Shown here piece by piece: positions 1 through 11,654 of a stretch of 32,000 bases of DNA. Location: assembly GCF_000406145.1 (NCBI RefSeq), contig NZ_CM001976.1:414830-446829 (forward strand). The letters run 5' to 3'. The notes beneath the pieces were generated by a model that saw only the letters and a program-made list of their open reading frames with translations, searched no databases and was not told the DNA's origin. A program made the position numbers and the translations under genes. This stretch comes from Dickeya dadantii NCPPB 898 (lineage in GTDB: Bacteria; Pseudomonadota; Gammaproteobacteria; Enterobacterales; Enterobacteriaceae). How positions within the stretch are numbered: position 1 is the first letter of the stretch; the number at the start of each line of letters is the position of its first letter.

Positions 1-320
1 TCACGTTCTGGAGCGTCTGGCGCGGCGAGCAGATCGCCGGTATAGGAGCGCTGAAAATGCTGCCGGACGGCAGCGGAGAGCTGAAATCGATGCGTACCCA
101 CCCGCAGTGCCTGCGTCAGGGGGTGGCCGCGTGCCTGCTGGCCCATATTCTGGCCGAAGCGCGTCGGCGCGGCTTGCACCGCCTGAGTCTGGAAACCGGC
201 AGCGGTTCGGCGTTTGAACCGGCGCTGGCGCTGTATCGTCGGCACGGTTTTGTGAATGGCGAGGCATTTGCTGAGTATACGGCCAGCGAATTCAACCAGT
301 TTCTGCATCTGCCGCTGTAG
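1..320 (+). CDS. GNAT-family N-acetyltransferase, C-terminal part (5' end lies outside the window)
   Basis: The frame is open from position 3: TFWSVWRGEQIAGIGALKMLPDGSGELKSMRTHPQCLRQGVAACLLAHILAEARRRGLHRLSLETGS...YRRHGF. It shows an acetyl-CoA-binding-type RQGVA motif and the GNAT beta4-alpha3 pattern. Stop codon at 318-320. An acetyltransferase gene sits at the equivalent position near valS in E. coli. Confidence 0.7.
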   Translation, partial: TFWSVWRGEQIAGIGALKMLPDGSGELKSMRTHPQCLRQGVAACLLAHILAEARRRGLHRLSLETGSGSAFEPALALYRRHGFVNGEAFAEYTASEFNQFLHLPL

Positions 321-603
321 AGGATGGCCCGGTTTCTCTCTTTAACCTTCGCGCACAGGCGACAATATCGGCAACCGGAGGGTAACGGCGGGCTTTCTCT
401 GCGGTGAGCGGCGCATGCCTGAACAGAATCAGGACACGGATTGTTTCATGAGTATTGTTCAGGACTAAATTATATGCCGCGATAACTAAAATTGGCGGCA
501 TATAATTATTTTTTCAATGATTAGCAGGCGAGCATTATTGGGATATTTTACAGGAAACATTAACATCAGGGTCCCCCGCCTATGATTATGGAAGAGTTGT
601 TCT

Positions 604-1671
604 ATGGTTAATCGCTTGTTGTCTGGACTGGCTGGTCTGATTTTTCTGTTGGTTTTATCCCCTTTTTCGACCGCACAAACGCTACAACCACAAGAAGGGA
701 ATTGGGCCGCGCCTGAATTCCGATTCCATACCGGAGAAACCGTCAACAATCTCCGTATTCATTATTACACGTTGGGCGACAGTAAAAAGCCGGCCGTATT
801 ATTGCTGCACGGCACTAATCAGCCGATCGGCGCCTTATTGGCCGCCGGTTTTGGCGGCGAATTATTTGGTCCCGGCCAGCCGTTGGACACCAGCAAATAT
901 TTCATCATTATTCCTGAAAGCATCGGTTCAGGAAAATCCGCCAAGCCGTCTGACGGCCTGCGCACTAAATTCCCGCAATATAACTACGATGACATGGTGC
1001 TGGCGCAATACCGCTTGCTGACAGAAGGGCTCGGCATTACGCATCTGCGTCTGGTGATGGGATATTCGATGGGCGGCATGCATACCTGGATGTGGGGCGA
1101 AAAATACCCGGACATGATGGATGCGCTGGTGCCGATGGCGTCGCAGCCGAATGAACTGTCGGGCCGCAACTGGATGTTGCGCCGTATGCTGATTGAAACC
1201 ATCAAGCGCGATCCGGCGTGGAAAAACGGCGATTACACCACCCAGCCGCCGTCGCTGCAGACCGCCAACATCATGTTCAGCATCGCCACCACCGGCGGTA
1301 CGCTGGCCTACCAGAGCAAAGCGCCGACTCGTGCCCTGGCGGACAAACTGGTGGATGAGCGCTTAGCCGCGCCGGTCACCAGCGATGCCAACGACTTTAT
1401 TTATATCTGGAATTCTTCGGCGGATTATAACGCGTCGCCGGAATTGGCCCGTATCAAGGCGCCGTTGCTGGTGATTAATTCCGCCGATGATGAACGTAAT
1501 CCGGTTGAAACAGGAATATTGGAAAGTGAACTGAAAAAGGTAAAACACGCCGAGCTGTTTTTGATTCCGGCAAGTAAGGAAACCAGCGGTCATGCCACCA
1601 TGATGTCGGCGAAGTTTTACAAAAATAAATTGGGTGAGTTTTTGGCAGCGGTTCCACCCCATAATAAATAA
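604..1671 (+). CDS. Secreted alpha/beta-fold hydrolase
   Basis: 355-aa ORF with a signal-peptide-like N-terminus (MVNRLLSGLAGLIFLLVLSPFSTAQT). It has an oxyanion LLLHGT, a nucleophile elbow GYSMGG, and later an acidic SADDERNP and SGHAT that could complete a Ser-Asp-His triad. Confidence 0.8.
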   Translation: MVNRLLSGLAGLIFLLVLSPFSTAQTLQPQEGNWAAPEFRFHTGETVNNLRIHYYTLGDSKKPAVLLLHGTNQPIGALLAAGFGGELFGPGQPLDTSKYFIIIPESIGSGKSAKPSDGLRTKFPQYNYDDMVLAQYRLLTEGLGITHLRLVMGYSMGGMHTWMWGEKYPDMMDALVPMASQPNELSGRNWMLRRMLIETIKRDPAWKNGDYTTQPPSLQTANIMFSIATTGGTLAYQSKAPTRALADKLVDERLAAPVTSDANDFIYIWNSSADYNASPELARIKAPLLVINSADDERNPVETGILESELKKVKHAELFLIPASKETSGHATMMSAKFYKNKLGEFLAAVPPHNK

Positions 1672-1689
1672 CAGAAATTAACCGCGTCG

Positions 1690-1729
1690 GGCCGACGATA
1701 ACGACACAATAACGTCGGCCTTTCCTTTC
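1690..1729 (+). terminator. Putative rho-independent terminator after the hydrolase gene
   Basis: GGCCGACG (1690-1697) pairs with CGTCGGCC (1713-1720) and is followed by TTTCCTTTC. An alternative short palindrome CGTCGG-G-CCGACG lies at 1685-1697. Confidence 0.45.
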
Positions 1730-1812
1730 ATGATATTTCCTTTTCATTTTTGTTGCGGTTTACGTGTGAGCTGAAGCTCATGGTTTCTTATTACCAAACA
1801 ACAGGGACAATT

Positions 1813-3432
1813 ATGTTTCGTAAGATAAAGATCCGCACAACGCTCAGTATTATGGTGTTCTCTCTGGCGGTGCTGTCATTGATTGTGGGCGTCCTGGGGT
1901 TGGTGGCCGTCCAGTCGGGTAATAAATCGTTTGCGCATGTGGATAACGTGGTGTTGCCGGGGTTGGTGGCGCTGAATGAAAGCTCGGAATTGTTATTGCG
2001 CGCTCGTCTGGATTTACGGCTGTACGAATCCCTGATGGGGAAAGGGGACAAGGATGCCGCCACGGTGGCGCTTAAGCGCGCCAGAGGCAAAATTGATGAT
2101 GCCGGCAAGAAGTGGCAGGAGTACCTGACCTATCCGCAATTCGAACAGGAAAAGATCATTTCTTCCGATATGGCGGCGAAACGCGACACCCTGATGAATG
2201 AGTTCATCAACCCGGCGTTTATCGCGCTGGAAGCCGGCAATCTGGATGACTATCGCCAGCGGGCGGGGAAATCCACCACGCTGTACGCCGATTTTGACGG
2301 CGCGGCGAAAAAACTGGTGCAGTACAAGCGCCAGAGCATCGACGAGGCTTACAGTGACTCGAATGCGCGCGTTAGCCGTATGCAGATGATCCTGTCGGTG
2401 GTGATTGTGTGCGCGCTGGTGCTGGCGGCGCTGGCCTGGTCTATCCTGACCAATCTGGTGGTGAAACCGCTCAATCAGGCGATTACCGTATTTGACCGGA
2501 TTGCTGAGGGCGACCTGCGCGCCAAAATCGATATTCGCGGCAATAATGAAATCGCCCAGCTGTTTGGTGCGGTGCAACATATGCGCGACGGGCTGGAAAA
2601 TATGGTGCGGGCGGTGCGCAACGGCACCGACGCCATCAGTGTCGGCGTTGAGGAGATCGCCTCCGGCAACATTGATTTGTCCAGCCGTACCGAGCAGCAG
2701 GCCGCGTCGCTGGATGAAACCGCCGCCAGTATGGAACAGATTCTGTCGACGGTGGGCAACAATGAAGACAACACCCGCAAGGCGAACGATCTGGCGAAGA
2801 AAGCGTCGGATTCCGCTTCTCGCGGCGGTAACGTGGTGACGGAAGTGGTGGATACCATGCGGTCTATCCAGCAGAGTTCGGCCCGCATTTCCGACATCGT
2901 GGGCGTGATCGACGGCATCGCCTTCCAGACCAACCTGCTGGCGCTGAACGCGGCGGTGGAGGCCGCACGGGCGGGCGAACAGGGGAAAGGGTTCGCGGTG
3001 GTGGCATCCGAAGTGCGCACGCTGGCGCAGCGCAGCGCCACGGCGGCCAAAGAGATCGGCACCATGATCGATAATTCACTGAACCGTATCGAAAAAGGCG
3101 CCGGGCTAGTGGAAGTGGCCGGCAAGACGATGGATGAAATCCTGTCGGATGTTCGCAAAGTGGTGGATATCATGGGCGAAATCATGCTGTCTTCCGGCGA
3201 GCAGAGCCGGGGTATTTCGCAGATTAATATCGCCATCAACCAGATGGACGGCGTGACCCAGCAGAACGCCAGCCTGGTGGCGGAGGTGGCGACCGCCGCC
3301 AGTTCGCTGCAGGCCCAGGTGACGCATCTGCAACAGTCGATCGCCAGCTTCCGTCTCGACAGCGAGACGCAACCGATGCTGACCGGTAGCCTCAATGCAC
3401 AGCCGCGCGTGGCGCTGGTCGGCGCGCGCTAA
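1813..3432 (+). CDS. Methyl-accepting chemotaxis protein (4-helix-bundle sensor, HAMP, MA signalling domain)
   Basis: I chose the ATG at 1813 (MFRKIKIRTT, AGGGA upstream) over the TTG at 1750 in the ORF track. There are two TM segments (LSIMVFSLAVLSLIVGVLGLVAV; ILSVVIVCALVLAALAWSIL), a HAMP region (PLNQAITVFDRIAEGDL...) and the invariant signalling hairpin IAFQTNLLALNAAVEAARAGEQGKGFAVVASEVRTLAQRS. Confidence 0.9.
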   Translation: MFRKIKIRTTLSIMVFSLAVLSLIVGVLGLVAVQSGNKSFAHVDNVVLPGLVALNESSELLLRARLDLRLYESLMGKGDKDAATVALKRARGKIDDAGKKWQEYLTYPQFEQEKIISSDMAAKRDTLMNEFINPAFIALEAGNLDDYRQRAGKSTTLYADFDGAAKKLVQYKRQSIDEAYSDSNARVSRMQMILSVVIVCALVLAALAWSILTNLVVKPLNQAITVFDRIAEGDLRAKIDIRGNNEIAQLFGAVQHMRDGLENMVRAVRNGTDAISVGVEEIASGNIDLSSRTEQQAASLDETAASMEQILSTVGNNEDNTRKANDLAKKASDSASRGGNVVTEVVDTMRSIQQSSARISDIVGVIDGIAFQTNLLALNAAVEAARAGEQGKGFAVVASEVRTLAQRSATAAKEIGTMIDNSLNRIEKGAGLVEVAGKTMDEILSDVRKVVDIMGEIMLSSGEQSRGISQINIAINQMDGVTQQNASLVAEVATAASSLQAQVTHLQQSIASFRLDSETQPMLTGSLNAQPRVALVGAR

Positions 3433-3466
3433 CCCATAGATAGACGTTAGAATTACATCAATAAAA

Positions 3467-3496
3467 AGCCCCGCGATAACAAGCGGGGCTTTTACT
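3467..3496. terminator. Bidirectional rho-independent terminator between the MCP gene and valS
   Basis: AGCCCCGC (3467-3474) pairs with GCGGGGCT (3483-3490). An A-run lies upstream and a T-run downstream. The site sits between convergent genes. Confidence 0.6.
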
Positions 3497-3569
3497 TTTT
3501 GTCTCTCTCAGGCAAACACGGCATCAATCAAGACCGACGCAGCGTTGACTGCGTCAGTCGGCGACCTGA

Positions 3570-6437
3570 TTACAGCGCGGCGATGGTGGCCTGTTGTTCC
3601 AGCAGTTTGGCTTTGGCAACCGCGTAACCGTCGCGTTTTTCGCGCTCTTTGGCGACGACCGCTTCCGGCGCGCGCGCGACAAAGCCTTCGTTAGACAGCT
3701 TGCTGTCGATGCGGCTGATTTCCAGTTCAAGCTTCGCCACTTCTTTTGCCAGACGATCCAGCTCGGCCACTTTGTCGATAAGACCCGCCATCGGGATCAG
3801 CAGCTCAGCGCCATCCACCAGTTTGGTGACGGATACCGGGCCTTTGTCGCCGGCTGGCAACAGCGTGATGCTCTCCAGACGCGCCAGCGTCTGAATAAAA
3901 CCGAGGTTGTCCTGCACGCGGCGGGTAGCATCGGCGGACGCATCGCGCAGCAGCAGCGTCAGTGGCTTGCTGGGCGCAATGTTCATTTCGGCGCGGATGT
4001 TGCGTACCGCGACGATCGCCTGTTTGATCCACTCCAGATCGTTGAACGCCTGCTCGTCTTCCAGCGTGGCGTCAAAAGCCGGGAACGGCTGCAGCATAAT
4101 GGTGTCGGCGGTCACGCCTTTCAGCACTTTCACCCGTTGCCAGATGGTTTCGGTAATGAACGGAATGATCGGGTGCGCCAGACGCAGCAGCGCTTCCAGC
4201 ACGGTGACCAGCGTATGGCGGGTGCCGCGCAGTTCCGCGTCGCTGCCGCCGGTCATCACCGGCTTGGTCAGTTCCAGATACCAGTCGCAGAACTGGTTCC
4301 AGGTGAACTCGTACAGCACGTTGGCGGCCAGATCGAAACGATAGCCGTCCAACGCTTCGCGGTAGGTTTTTACCGTGCGGTTGAATTCCGCCAGAATCCA
4401 GCGGTCGGCCAGCGACAGCACTTTTTCCCCGCCGCCAGTAAAGCCGCAGTCCTGGTCTTCGGTGTTCATCAGCACGAAGCGGCTGGCGTTCCACAGCTTG
4501 TTGCAGAAGTTGCGGTAACCTTCCAGACGTTTCATGTCCCAGTTGATGTCGCGGCCGGTAGAAGCCAGCGCCGCCAGCGTAAAGCGCAGCGCGTCGGTGC
4601 CGTGCGGTTCGATGCCGTTCGGGAACTGTTTCTCGGTGCGCTTGCGGATTTTCTCCGCCAGCTGTGGCTGCATCATGTTGCCGGTGCGTTTTTCCAGCAG
4701 CGCTTCCAGCGAAATACCGTCCACCATATCCAGCGGGTCAATCACGTTACCCTTGGATTTGGACATCTTCTGGCCTTCCTCATCGCGGATCAGGCCGGTC
4801 ATGTACACAGTGTGGAACGGCACCTGCGGCTTGCCGTCTTCATCTTTGATGAAGTGCATGGTCAGCATGATCATGCGGGCAATCCAGAAGAAGATGATGT
4901 CGAAGCCGCTGACCATCACGCTGCTCGGATGGAAGGCTTTCAGCTCCGGCGTCTGTTCCGGCCAGCCTAGGGTGGAGAAGGTCCACAACCCGGAGGAGAA
5001 CCAGGTGTCCAGTACGTCTTCGTCCTGATGCAATGCTACATCGGCGCTCAGGTTGTTGTCGCGGCGCACTTCGGCTTCATCACGGCCGACATACACCTTG
5101 CCGTTATCGTCGTACCACGCCGGAATACGGTGGCCCCACCACAGCTGGCGGGAGATACACCAGTCCTGAATGTCGCGCATCCAACTGAAGTACATGTTTT
5201 CGTACTGCTTCGGCACGAACTGAATACGGCCGTCTTCCACCGCTTCGACGGCCGGCTTGGCCAGCACGCCGGCACGGACGTACCACTGGTCGGTCAGCAT
5301 CGGTTCGATGACTACGCCGCCGCGGTCGCCGTAGGGCACGGTCAGGTCGTGTGCTTTGATTTCTTCCAGCAGGCCCAGTTCGTCAAAAGCGGCCACCACC
5401 GCTTTACGGGCGGCAAAACGTTCCAGTCCGCGGAAAGCCTCCGGAATGTCGCTGCTGTAGGCGGTGTTGGCTTCACCGTTGCTGCTGAAGACTTCCGCTT
5501 CCTGACGGATATCGCCGTCAAAAGTCAGGATGTTGATCATCGGCAATTGATGGCGCTTGCCGACTTCGTAGTCGTTGAAGTCATGCGCCGGGGTGATCTT
5601 CACGCAGCCGGTGCCTTTTTCCATATCGGCGTGTTCGTCGCCGACGATCGGAATGCGGCGGCCGACCAGCGGCAGGATCAGGAATTTGCCGATCAGATCC
5701 TTGTAGCGCGGATCTTCCGGGTTCACCGCCACGCCGGTATCGCCCAGCACGGTTTCCGGACGGGTGGTCGCCACCACCAGATAATCGTTGCCGTCGGCGG
5801 TTTTAGCGCCGTCCGCCAGCGGGTAGCGCAGGTGCCACATCGAGCCTTTGACGTCGCGGTTTTCCACTTCCAGATCGGAAATGGCGGTGCGCAGTTTCGG
5901 ATCCCAGTTCACCAGGCGTTTGCCGCGGTAGATCAGGTCTTCTTTATACAGGCGAACGAACACTTCCTTCACCGCGTTGGACAAGCCGTCGTCCATGGTG
6001 AAGCGCTCGCGCTCCCAGTCTACCGAGTTGCCCAGACGGCGCATCTGACGGGTAATGGTGCCGCCGGATTCCGCCTTCCACTGCCAGATTTTATCGATAA
6101 ACGCATCGCGGCCGTAATCGTGACGGGTTTTGCCCTCTTCGGCGGCGATCTTGCGCTCCACTACCATCTGGGTGGCGATACCGGCGTGGTCGGTCCCAGC
6201 CTGCCACAGGGTGTTTTTACCCTGCATACGCTGGTAGCGGATCATCGTGTCCATAATGGTTTGCTGGAAAGCATGACCCATGTGCAGGCTGCCGGTGACG
6301 TTGGGCGGCGGGATCATGATGCTGAAGCTTTCCTGGCTGGTGTCGCCATGGGGCTTGAAGTAGCCCTGTTTTTCCCAGTGCTCGTACAGCGGCTGCTCAA
6401 TGTCGTGCGGGTTGTATGTCTTTTCCATTATGCTCAA
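3570..6437 (-). CDS. valS: Valine--tRNA ligase
   Basis: 955-aa ORF with class I synthetase motifs [13 protein letters not shown] (HIGH) and [11 protein letters not shown] (KMSKS) and a C-terminal coiled coil. Length and sequence resemble E. coli ValRS. The holC gene lies 4 nt upstream, as in E. coli. Confidence 0.97.
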   Translation of the reverse strand: MSIMEKTYNPHDIEQPLYEHWEKQGYFKPHGDTSQESFSIMIPPPNVTGSLHMGHAFQQTIMDTMIRYQRMQGKNTLWQAGTDHAGIATQMVVERKIAAEEGKTRHDYGRDAFIDKIWQWKAESGGTITRQMRRLGNSVDWERERFTMDDGLSNAVKEVFVRLYKEDLIYRGKRLVNWDPKLRTAISDLEVENRDVKGSMWHLRYPLADGAKTADGNDYLVVATTRPETVLGDTGVAVNPEDPRYKDLIGKFLILPLVGRRIPIVGDEHADMEKGTGCVKITPAHDFNDYEVGKRHQLPMINILTFDGDIRQEAEVFSSNGEANTAYSSDIPEAFRGLERFAARKAVVAAFDELGLLEEIKAHDLTVPYGDRGGVVIEPMLTDQWYVRAGVLAKPAVEAVEDGRIQFVPKQYENMYFSWMRDIQDWCISRQLWWGHRIPAWYDDNGKVYVGRDEAEVRRDNNLSADVALHQDEDVLDTWFSSGLWTFSTLGWPEQTPELKAFHPSSVMVSGFDIIFFWIARMIMLTMHFIKDEDGKPQVPFHTVYMTGLIRDEEGQKMSKSKGNVIDPLDMVDGISLEALLEKRTGNMMQPQLAEKIRKRTEKQFPNGIEPHGTDALRFTLAALASTGRDINWDMKRLEGYRNFCNKLWNASRFVLMNTEDQDCGFTGGGEKVLSLADRWILAEFNRTVKTYREALDGYRFDLAANVLYEFTWNQFCDWYLELTKPVMTGGSDAELRGTRHTLVTVLEALLRLAHPIIPFITETIWQRVKVLKGVTADTIMLQPFPAFDATLEDEQAFNDLEWIKQAIVAVRNIRAEMNIAPSKPLTLLLRDASADATRRVQDNLGFIQTLARLESITLLPAGDKGPVSVTKLVDGAELLIPMAGLIDKVAELDRLAKEVAKLELEISRIDSKLSNEGFVARAPEAVVAKEREKRDGYAVAKAKLLEQQATIAAL

Positions 6438-6441
6438 AAAG

Positions 6442-6891
6442 TCAGTGAGTTGGCGGCGTCGCCGTGGTCAATTGGAAGCCGACGCTGCGATAGGCCTTGT
6501 AGCGGTCGCGCGCCAACTGTTTCAGAGATTCTTCGTAAGGGACGAAGTCTATCACTTCATGGAAAGCGGTGGCAAAATCTGCGAACTGCGGCTGCAGGCT
6601 GATCAACAGGTCGCGCGGCGCGTTGCCGCGCTTCTGCGGCCAGGCCAGCTCCACCGGCGCGCCTTGCCGCGGCCCTTCTCCCGCCAGATTATGCGGCACG
6701 AATTCGTGAGGTTCGCGTTGCCACAGCGCCTCGTCCAGCCTCAATGCCTGCTGTTCATCCTCGCAGGCGATCAACACTCGCTGACCGGCACGCCAGCGCG
6801 CCGCCGCCAGGGAGCAGGCCAGCGCTTCGCAGGCGTTCAGCTCGCCGCTGGGGCGATCGTGATCAATAAGATAGAAGGTCGCGTTTTTCAT
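6442..6891 (-). CDS. holC: DNA polymerase III subunit chi
   Basis: The start is trimmed to the ATG at 6891. [12 protein letters not shown]...[19 protein letters not shown]...[11 protein letters not shown]...[33 protein letters not shown] closely parallels E. coli HolC as I recall it. The holC-valS arrangement is conserved. Confidence 0.93.
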   Translation of the reverse strand: MKNATFYLIDHDRPSGELNACEALACSLAAARWRAGQRVLIACEDEQQALRLDEALWQREPHEFVPHNLAGEGPRQGAPVELAWPQKRGNAPRDLLISLQPQFADFATAFHEVIDFVPYEESLKQLARDRYKAYRSVGFQLTTATPPTH

Positions 6892-7005
6892 GGTGCTCCG
6901 CATACCGATGAGGGTCACAGACAGAATAACAAATCCCCGCAAGCGCGGGGATCAGGCCGTAAAGGGATGAATACGCCACCGGCCGGCGGTGGCGATTGCC
7001 GATGA

Positions 7006-8697
<1,692 letters not shown>

Positions 8698-8797
8698 TTA
8701 GCTACGAAGGTTGCCACAAATGAGTGTAAATGGCGAGTTAGCGAAAAAACTATCGACTTTCCTGCAAAAATACAAGTTTTCACAGGCGTAATTAAGC

Positions 8798-9916
8798 GTG
8801 ATCATCATTCGATATCTGGTACGGGAAACCTTCAAGAGCCAGGTGGCCATTCTGTTTATCCTGTTACTGATTTTTTTCTGTCAGAAACTGGTGCGGATAC
8901 TGGGCGCTGCCGTGGACGGCGACATCCCGACAAACCTGGTTTTGTCCCTGCTGGGGCTGGGCGTGCCCGCGATGGCGCAACTGATTCTGCCGTTGAGCCT
9001 GTTCCTCGGGCTGCTGATGACCTTCGGGCGGCTCTACGCTGAAAGCGAAATCACCGTAATGCATGCCTGCGGGCTGAGCAAAGGCGTATTGCTTAAGGCC
9101 GCGCTGTTGCTGTCGCTGCTGACGGCGTCGTTCGCCGCCGCGAATGTGTTGTGGCTGAGCCCCTGGTCGTCGCGCCATCAGGACGAAGTGCTGGCGGAGG
9201 CGCGCGCCAACCCTGGCATGGCGTCGCTGGCGGAAGGCCAGTTCCAACAGACGCAGGACGGCAACTCGGTACTGTTCGTCGGCAAGGCGAATGGCAGTGA
9301 TTTTGAACGGGTGTTCCTGGCGCAATTGCATCCGCGCGAGAACACCCGGCCATCGGTAGTGGTGGCCGATCGCGGAACGGTCGCGGCACGCGGCGACGGC
9401 TCCCAGGTGGTGACGCTGAGCAAGGGGACGCGCTATGAAGGCACGGCGATGCTGCGGGATTTCCGTATCACCGATTTCATCGATTATCAGGCGATTATCG
9501 GCTACCAGCCGGTTGCGCTCGATCCGAACAACGTCGACCAGATGGATATGCAAACACTGTGGCGTTCGTCGGATATCGCCGCCCGAGCCGAGTTTCACTG
9601 GCGGTTGACGCTGATTCTGTCGGTGTTAGTCATGGCCATCATGGTGGTGCCGCTGAGTGTGGTTAACCCGCGTCAGGGCCGGGTGCTGAGCATGCTGCCC
9701 GCCATGCTGCTGTATCTGGTGTTCTTCCTGTTGCAGAGTTCGCTGCGCTCCAACGCCGGTAAAGGTAAGCTTGACCCGTTGGTGTGGATGTGGCTGACCA
9801 ATCTGGGCTATTTTGCGCTGGCTATCGCCCTGAATCTGTGGGACAGCCTGCCGGCGCGTAAAATTCGCGCCAGCCTGAAATCAGCCAACGGCCAGAAAAC
9901 GAAAGGAGCGGCCTAA
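8798..9916 (+). CDS. lptF: LPS export ABC transporter permease LptF
   Basis: GTG start. MIIIRYLVRETFKSQVAILFILLLIFFCQKLVRILGAAVDGDIP matches E. coli LptF (YjgP). The gene is divergent from pepA and is followed 1 nt later by lptG. Confidence 0.93.
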   Translation: MIIIRYLVRETFKSQVAILFILLLIFFCQKLVRILGAAVDGDIPTNLVLSLLGLGVPAMAQLILPLSLFLGLLMTFGRLYAESEITVMHACGLSKGVLLKAALLLSLLTASFAAANVLWLSPWSSRHQDEVLAEARANPGMASLAEGQFQQTQDGNSVLFVGKANGSDFERVFLAQLHPRENTRPSVVVADRGTVAARGDGSQVVTLSKGTRYEGTAMLRDFRITDFIDYQAIIGYQPVALDPNNVDQMDMQTLWRSSDIAARAEFHWRLTLILSVLVMAIMVVPLSVVNPRQGRVLSMLPAMLLYLVFFLLQSSLRSNAGKGKLDPLVWMWLTNLGYFALAIALNLWDSLPARKIRASLKSANGQKTKGAA

Positions 9917-9917
9917 G

Positions 9918-10988
9918 ATGTTTCGCGTACTGGACCGCTATATCGGTAAAACCATTTTCAACACCATCATGATGACGTTGTTCATGTTGGTGTCGCTGTC
10001 CGGCATCATCAAGTTTGTCGATCAGCTACGTAAAGTCGGGCAGGGCGGTTACTCGGTGATGGGCGCCGGGCTGTATACGCTGCTCAGCGTGCCGAAAGAC
10101 ATTGAGATTTTCTTCCCGATGGCTGCGCTGTTGGGCGCGCTGCTCGGGCTTGGCACCCTCGCCACCCGCAGCGAGCTGGTGGTGATGCAGGCTTCCGGCT
10201 TTACCCGCTTGCAGATTGCCGCCGCGGTGATGAAAACCGCCATTCCGCTGGTGTTGCTGACTATGGCGATTGGCGAATGGATGGCACCGGCGGGCGAGCA
10301 GATGGCCCGCAACTACCGTTCCCAGATGATGTACGGCGGCTCGATGCTCTCGACCCAAGGCGGGTTATGGGCCAAAGACGGCAATGATTTTGTCTACATC
10401 CAGCGGGTGGCGGGAGAAAACGAACTAGCCGGCGTCAATATCTACCACTTCGACAAACAAAGTAAACTGTTGTCGATACGCTACGCCGCATCGGCCCTGT
10501 ATGAGAACGGCACCTGGAAACTGTCTCAGGTTGAAGAGTCCGACCTGCGCGACAGCAAACAGATTGGCGGCAGCCAGACGGTGAGCGGCGAATGGAAAAC
10601 CAACCTGACGCCGGACAAGCTCGGCGTGGTGGCGCTGGATCCGGACGCGCTATCGATCCGCGGTCTGTTCGACTATATCAACTACTTGCACCAGAGCGGC
10701 CAGGAAGCGAGCCGCTATCAGCTCAACATGTGGAGCAAGCTGTTCGCCCCGCTGTCGGTGGCGGTGATGATGCTGATGGCGCTGTCATTTATTTTCGGCC
10801 CGCTACGCAGCGTGCCGGCCGGCGTGCGTATCGTGATCGGCATCAGCTTTGGTTTTCTGTTCTACGTGCTGGACCAAATCTTCGGCCCGCTCAGTCTGGT
10901 GTACCACATTCCGCCGGTGCTGGGGGCGTCGCTGCCGAGCGCACTGTTCCTGTTTATCAGCATCATGCTGCTGCTGAAACGGCGCTGA
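9918..10988 (+). CDS. lptG: LPS export ABC transporter permease LptG
   Basis: MFRVLDRYIGKTIFNTIMMTLFMLVSLSGIIKFVDQLRKVG is a YjgQ/LptG-type N-terminus. The product is a multi-TM protein. The gene lies immediately after lptF, as in the conserved operon. Confidence 0.93.
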   Translation: MFRVLDRYIGKTIFNTIMMTLFMLVSLSGIIKFVDQLRKVGQGGYSVMGAGLYTLLSVPKDIEIFFPMAALLGALLGLGTLATRSELVVMQASGFTRLQIAAAVMKTAIPLVLLTMAIGEWMAPAGEQMARNYRSQMMYGGSMLSTQGGLWAKDGNDFVYIQRVAGENELAGVNIYHFDKQSKLLSIRYAASALYENGTWKLSQVEESDLRDSKQIGGSQTVSGEWKTNLTPDKLGVVALDPDALSIRGLFDYINYLHQSGQEASRYQLNMWSKLFAPLSVAVMMLMALSFIFGPLRSVPAGVRIVIGISFGFLFYVLDQIFGPLSLVYHIPPVLGASLPSALFLFISIMLLLKRR

Positions 10989-11003
10989 TTCACCTTTCCC
11001 ACT

Positions 11004-11036
11004 AAACGGGTGAGCTGCGGCTCGCCCGTTTTTTTA
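11004..11036 (+). terminator. Rho-independent terminator of lptFG
   Basis: CGGGTGAGC (11007-11015) pairs with GCTCGCCCG (11020-11028), with one G-U pair and loop TGCG. It is followed by T8 (11029-11036). Confidence 0.7.
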
Positions 11037-11291
11037 TCAGCGCTAAACCGCTGCGTTGGGCGTGGCGATGGTTGGTCTTCCATCGGTGCATGCCGGCAGT
11101 GATGAGGCGTGTTGTCCGGTATCAATGATGAAGGTCTGCCGCATCGCCGGGTGTGTCTTTTTAACGCGCGCCATTGCTCGCTGGCTTCAGGACACGTCGG
11201 GAATAATGCTACGACGGCAAGGCATTAAGACGATGAAACCTCGACAACGGCGATTTTTTCAGCGCTCGCAACGCCATACGACGGATTGGGG

Positions 11292-11319
11292 TTGCGCCGG
11301 GCCCGCACCACGGTATAAT
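11292..11319 (+). promoter_or_regulatory. Putative sigma-70 promoter of tRNA-Leu
   Basis: A perfect TATAAT lies at 11314-11319, 31 nt before the mature tRNA 5' end. A weak -35 TTGCGC at 11292-11297 is separated by a 16-nt spacer. A GC-rich discriminator (CCACCACG) follows, as is typical of stable-RNA promoters. Confidence 0.5.
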
Positions 11320-11350
11320 CCACCACGTTTTCCGCAAAGTACTACTTCGT

Positions 11351-11435
11351 GCCGAAGTGGCGAAATCGGTAGACGCAGTTGATTCAAAATCAACCGTAGA
11401 AATACGTGCCGGTTCGAGTCCGGCCTTCGGCACCA
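11351..11435 (+). tRNA. leuX: tRNA-Leu (anticodon CAA)
   Basis: GCCGAAGTGGCGAAATCGGTAGACGCAGTTGATTCAAAATCAACCGTAGAAATACGTGCCGGTTCGAGTCCGGCCTTCGGCACCA has an acceptor stem GCCGAAG/CTTCGGC, anticodon loop TTCAAAA, a long variable arm and an encoded CCA. It matches E. coli leuX as I recall it. Confidence 0.93.
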
Positions 11436-11466
11436 AAATTCAAAAATCAAGCCATCTTCGGGTGGC
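11413..11466 (+). repeat. Direct repeat DR1 (attL): tRNA-Leu 3' end plus downstream hairpin
   Basis: TTCGAGTCCGGCCTTCGGCACCAAAATTCAAAAATCAAGCCATCTTCGGGTGGC recurs at 31948-32000 with one 1-nt deletion and one substitution. Its core recurs at 17594-17611. Confidence 0.85.
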
Positions 11467-11473
11467 TTTTTTT
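11451..11473 (+). terminator. tRNA-Leu terminator
   Basis: GCCATC-TTCG-GGTGGC hairpin followed by T7. Confidence 0.6.
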
Positions 11474-11654
11474 GTGTCCGCTATCGTCCATTGACTTCCA
11501 TATATCATTGTTAAATAACTATTTATCCTGATTTTATTGTCTGGGTGGATTGTGCGTTTTTTCCACAGTGGTCTTTTTGCATCCGTTGTAATCCAGATTA
11601 TTTGGGGGTCAAGATAAGGGTCAATTCGCTTCGATTATGAGTTGACCCCCAATT

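Noticed and set aside
2475-3395. 306-aa minus-strand ORF, and other internal ORFs, inside the MCP gene
   Set aside because: It is an antisense shadow frame with Ser/Ala/Arg-rich junk. The plus strand carries the conserved MCP signalling hairpin.
3521-3565. Imperfect inverted repeat (CCGACGCAG...CTGCGTCAGTCGG) just downstream of the valS stop
   Set aside because: The pairing is imperfect with no adjacent U-run on the valS strand. The stronger hairpin at 3467-3496 better explains termination.
3594-6602. Two very long plus-strand ORFs (3594-4970, 5028-6602) antisense to valS
   Set aside because: Their translations are low-complexity and rich in R, A, G and Q, which is typical of shadow frames in GC-rich coding DNA. 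The minus strand encodes an unmistakable ValRS with HIGH and KMSKS motifs.
8864-9598. 244-aa minus-strand ORF inside lptF, and similar ORFs inside lptG (10026-10358, 10592-11005)
   Set aside because: They are shadow frames of GC-rich membrane-protein genes with no motifs. LptF and LptG are clearly encoded on the plus strand.
11056-11450. ORFs at 11056-11382 (+), 11209-11436 (-) and 11259-11450 (-)
   Set aside because: They overlap the tRNA-Leu gene and its promoter region. Their composition-driven translations show no protein features.
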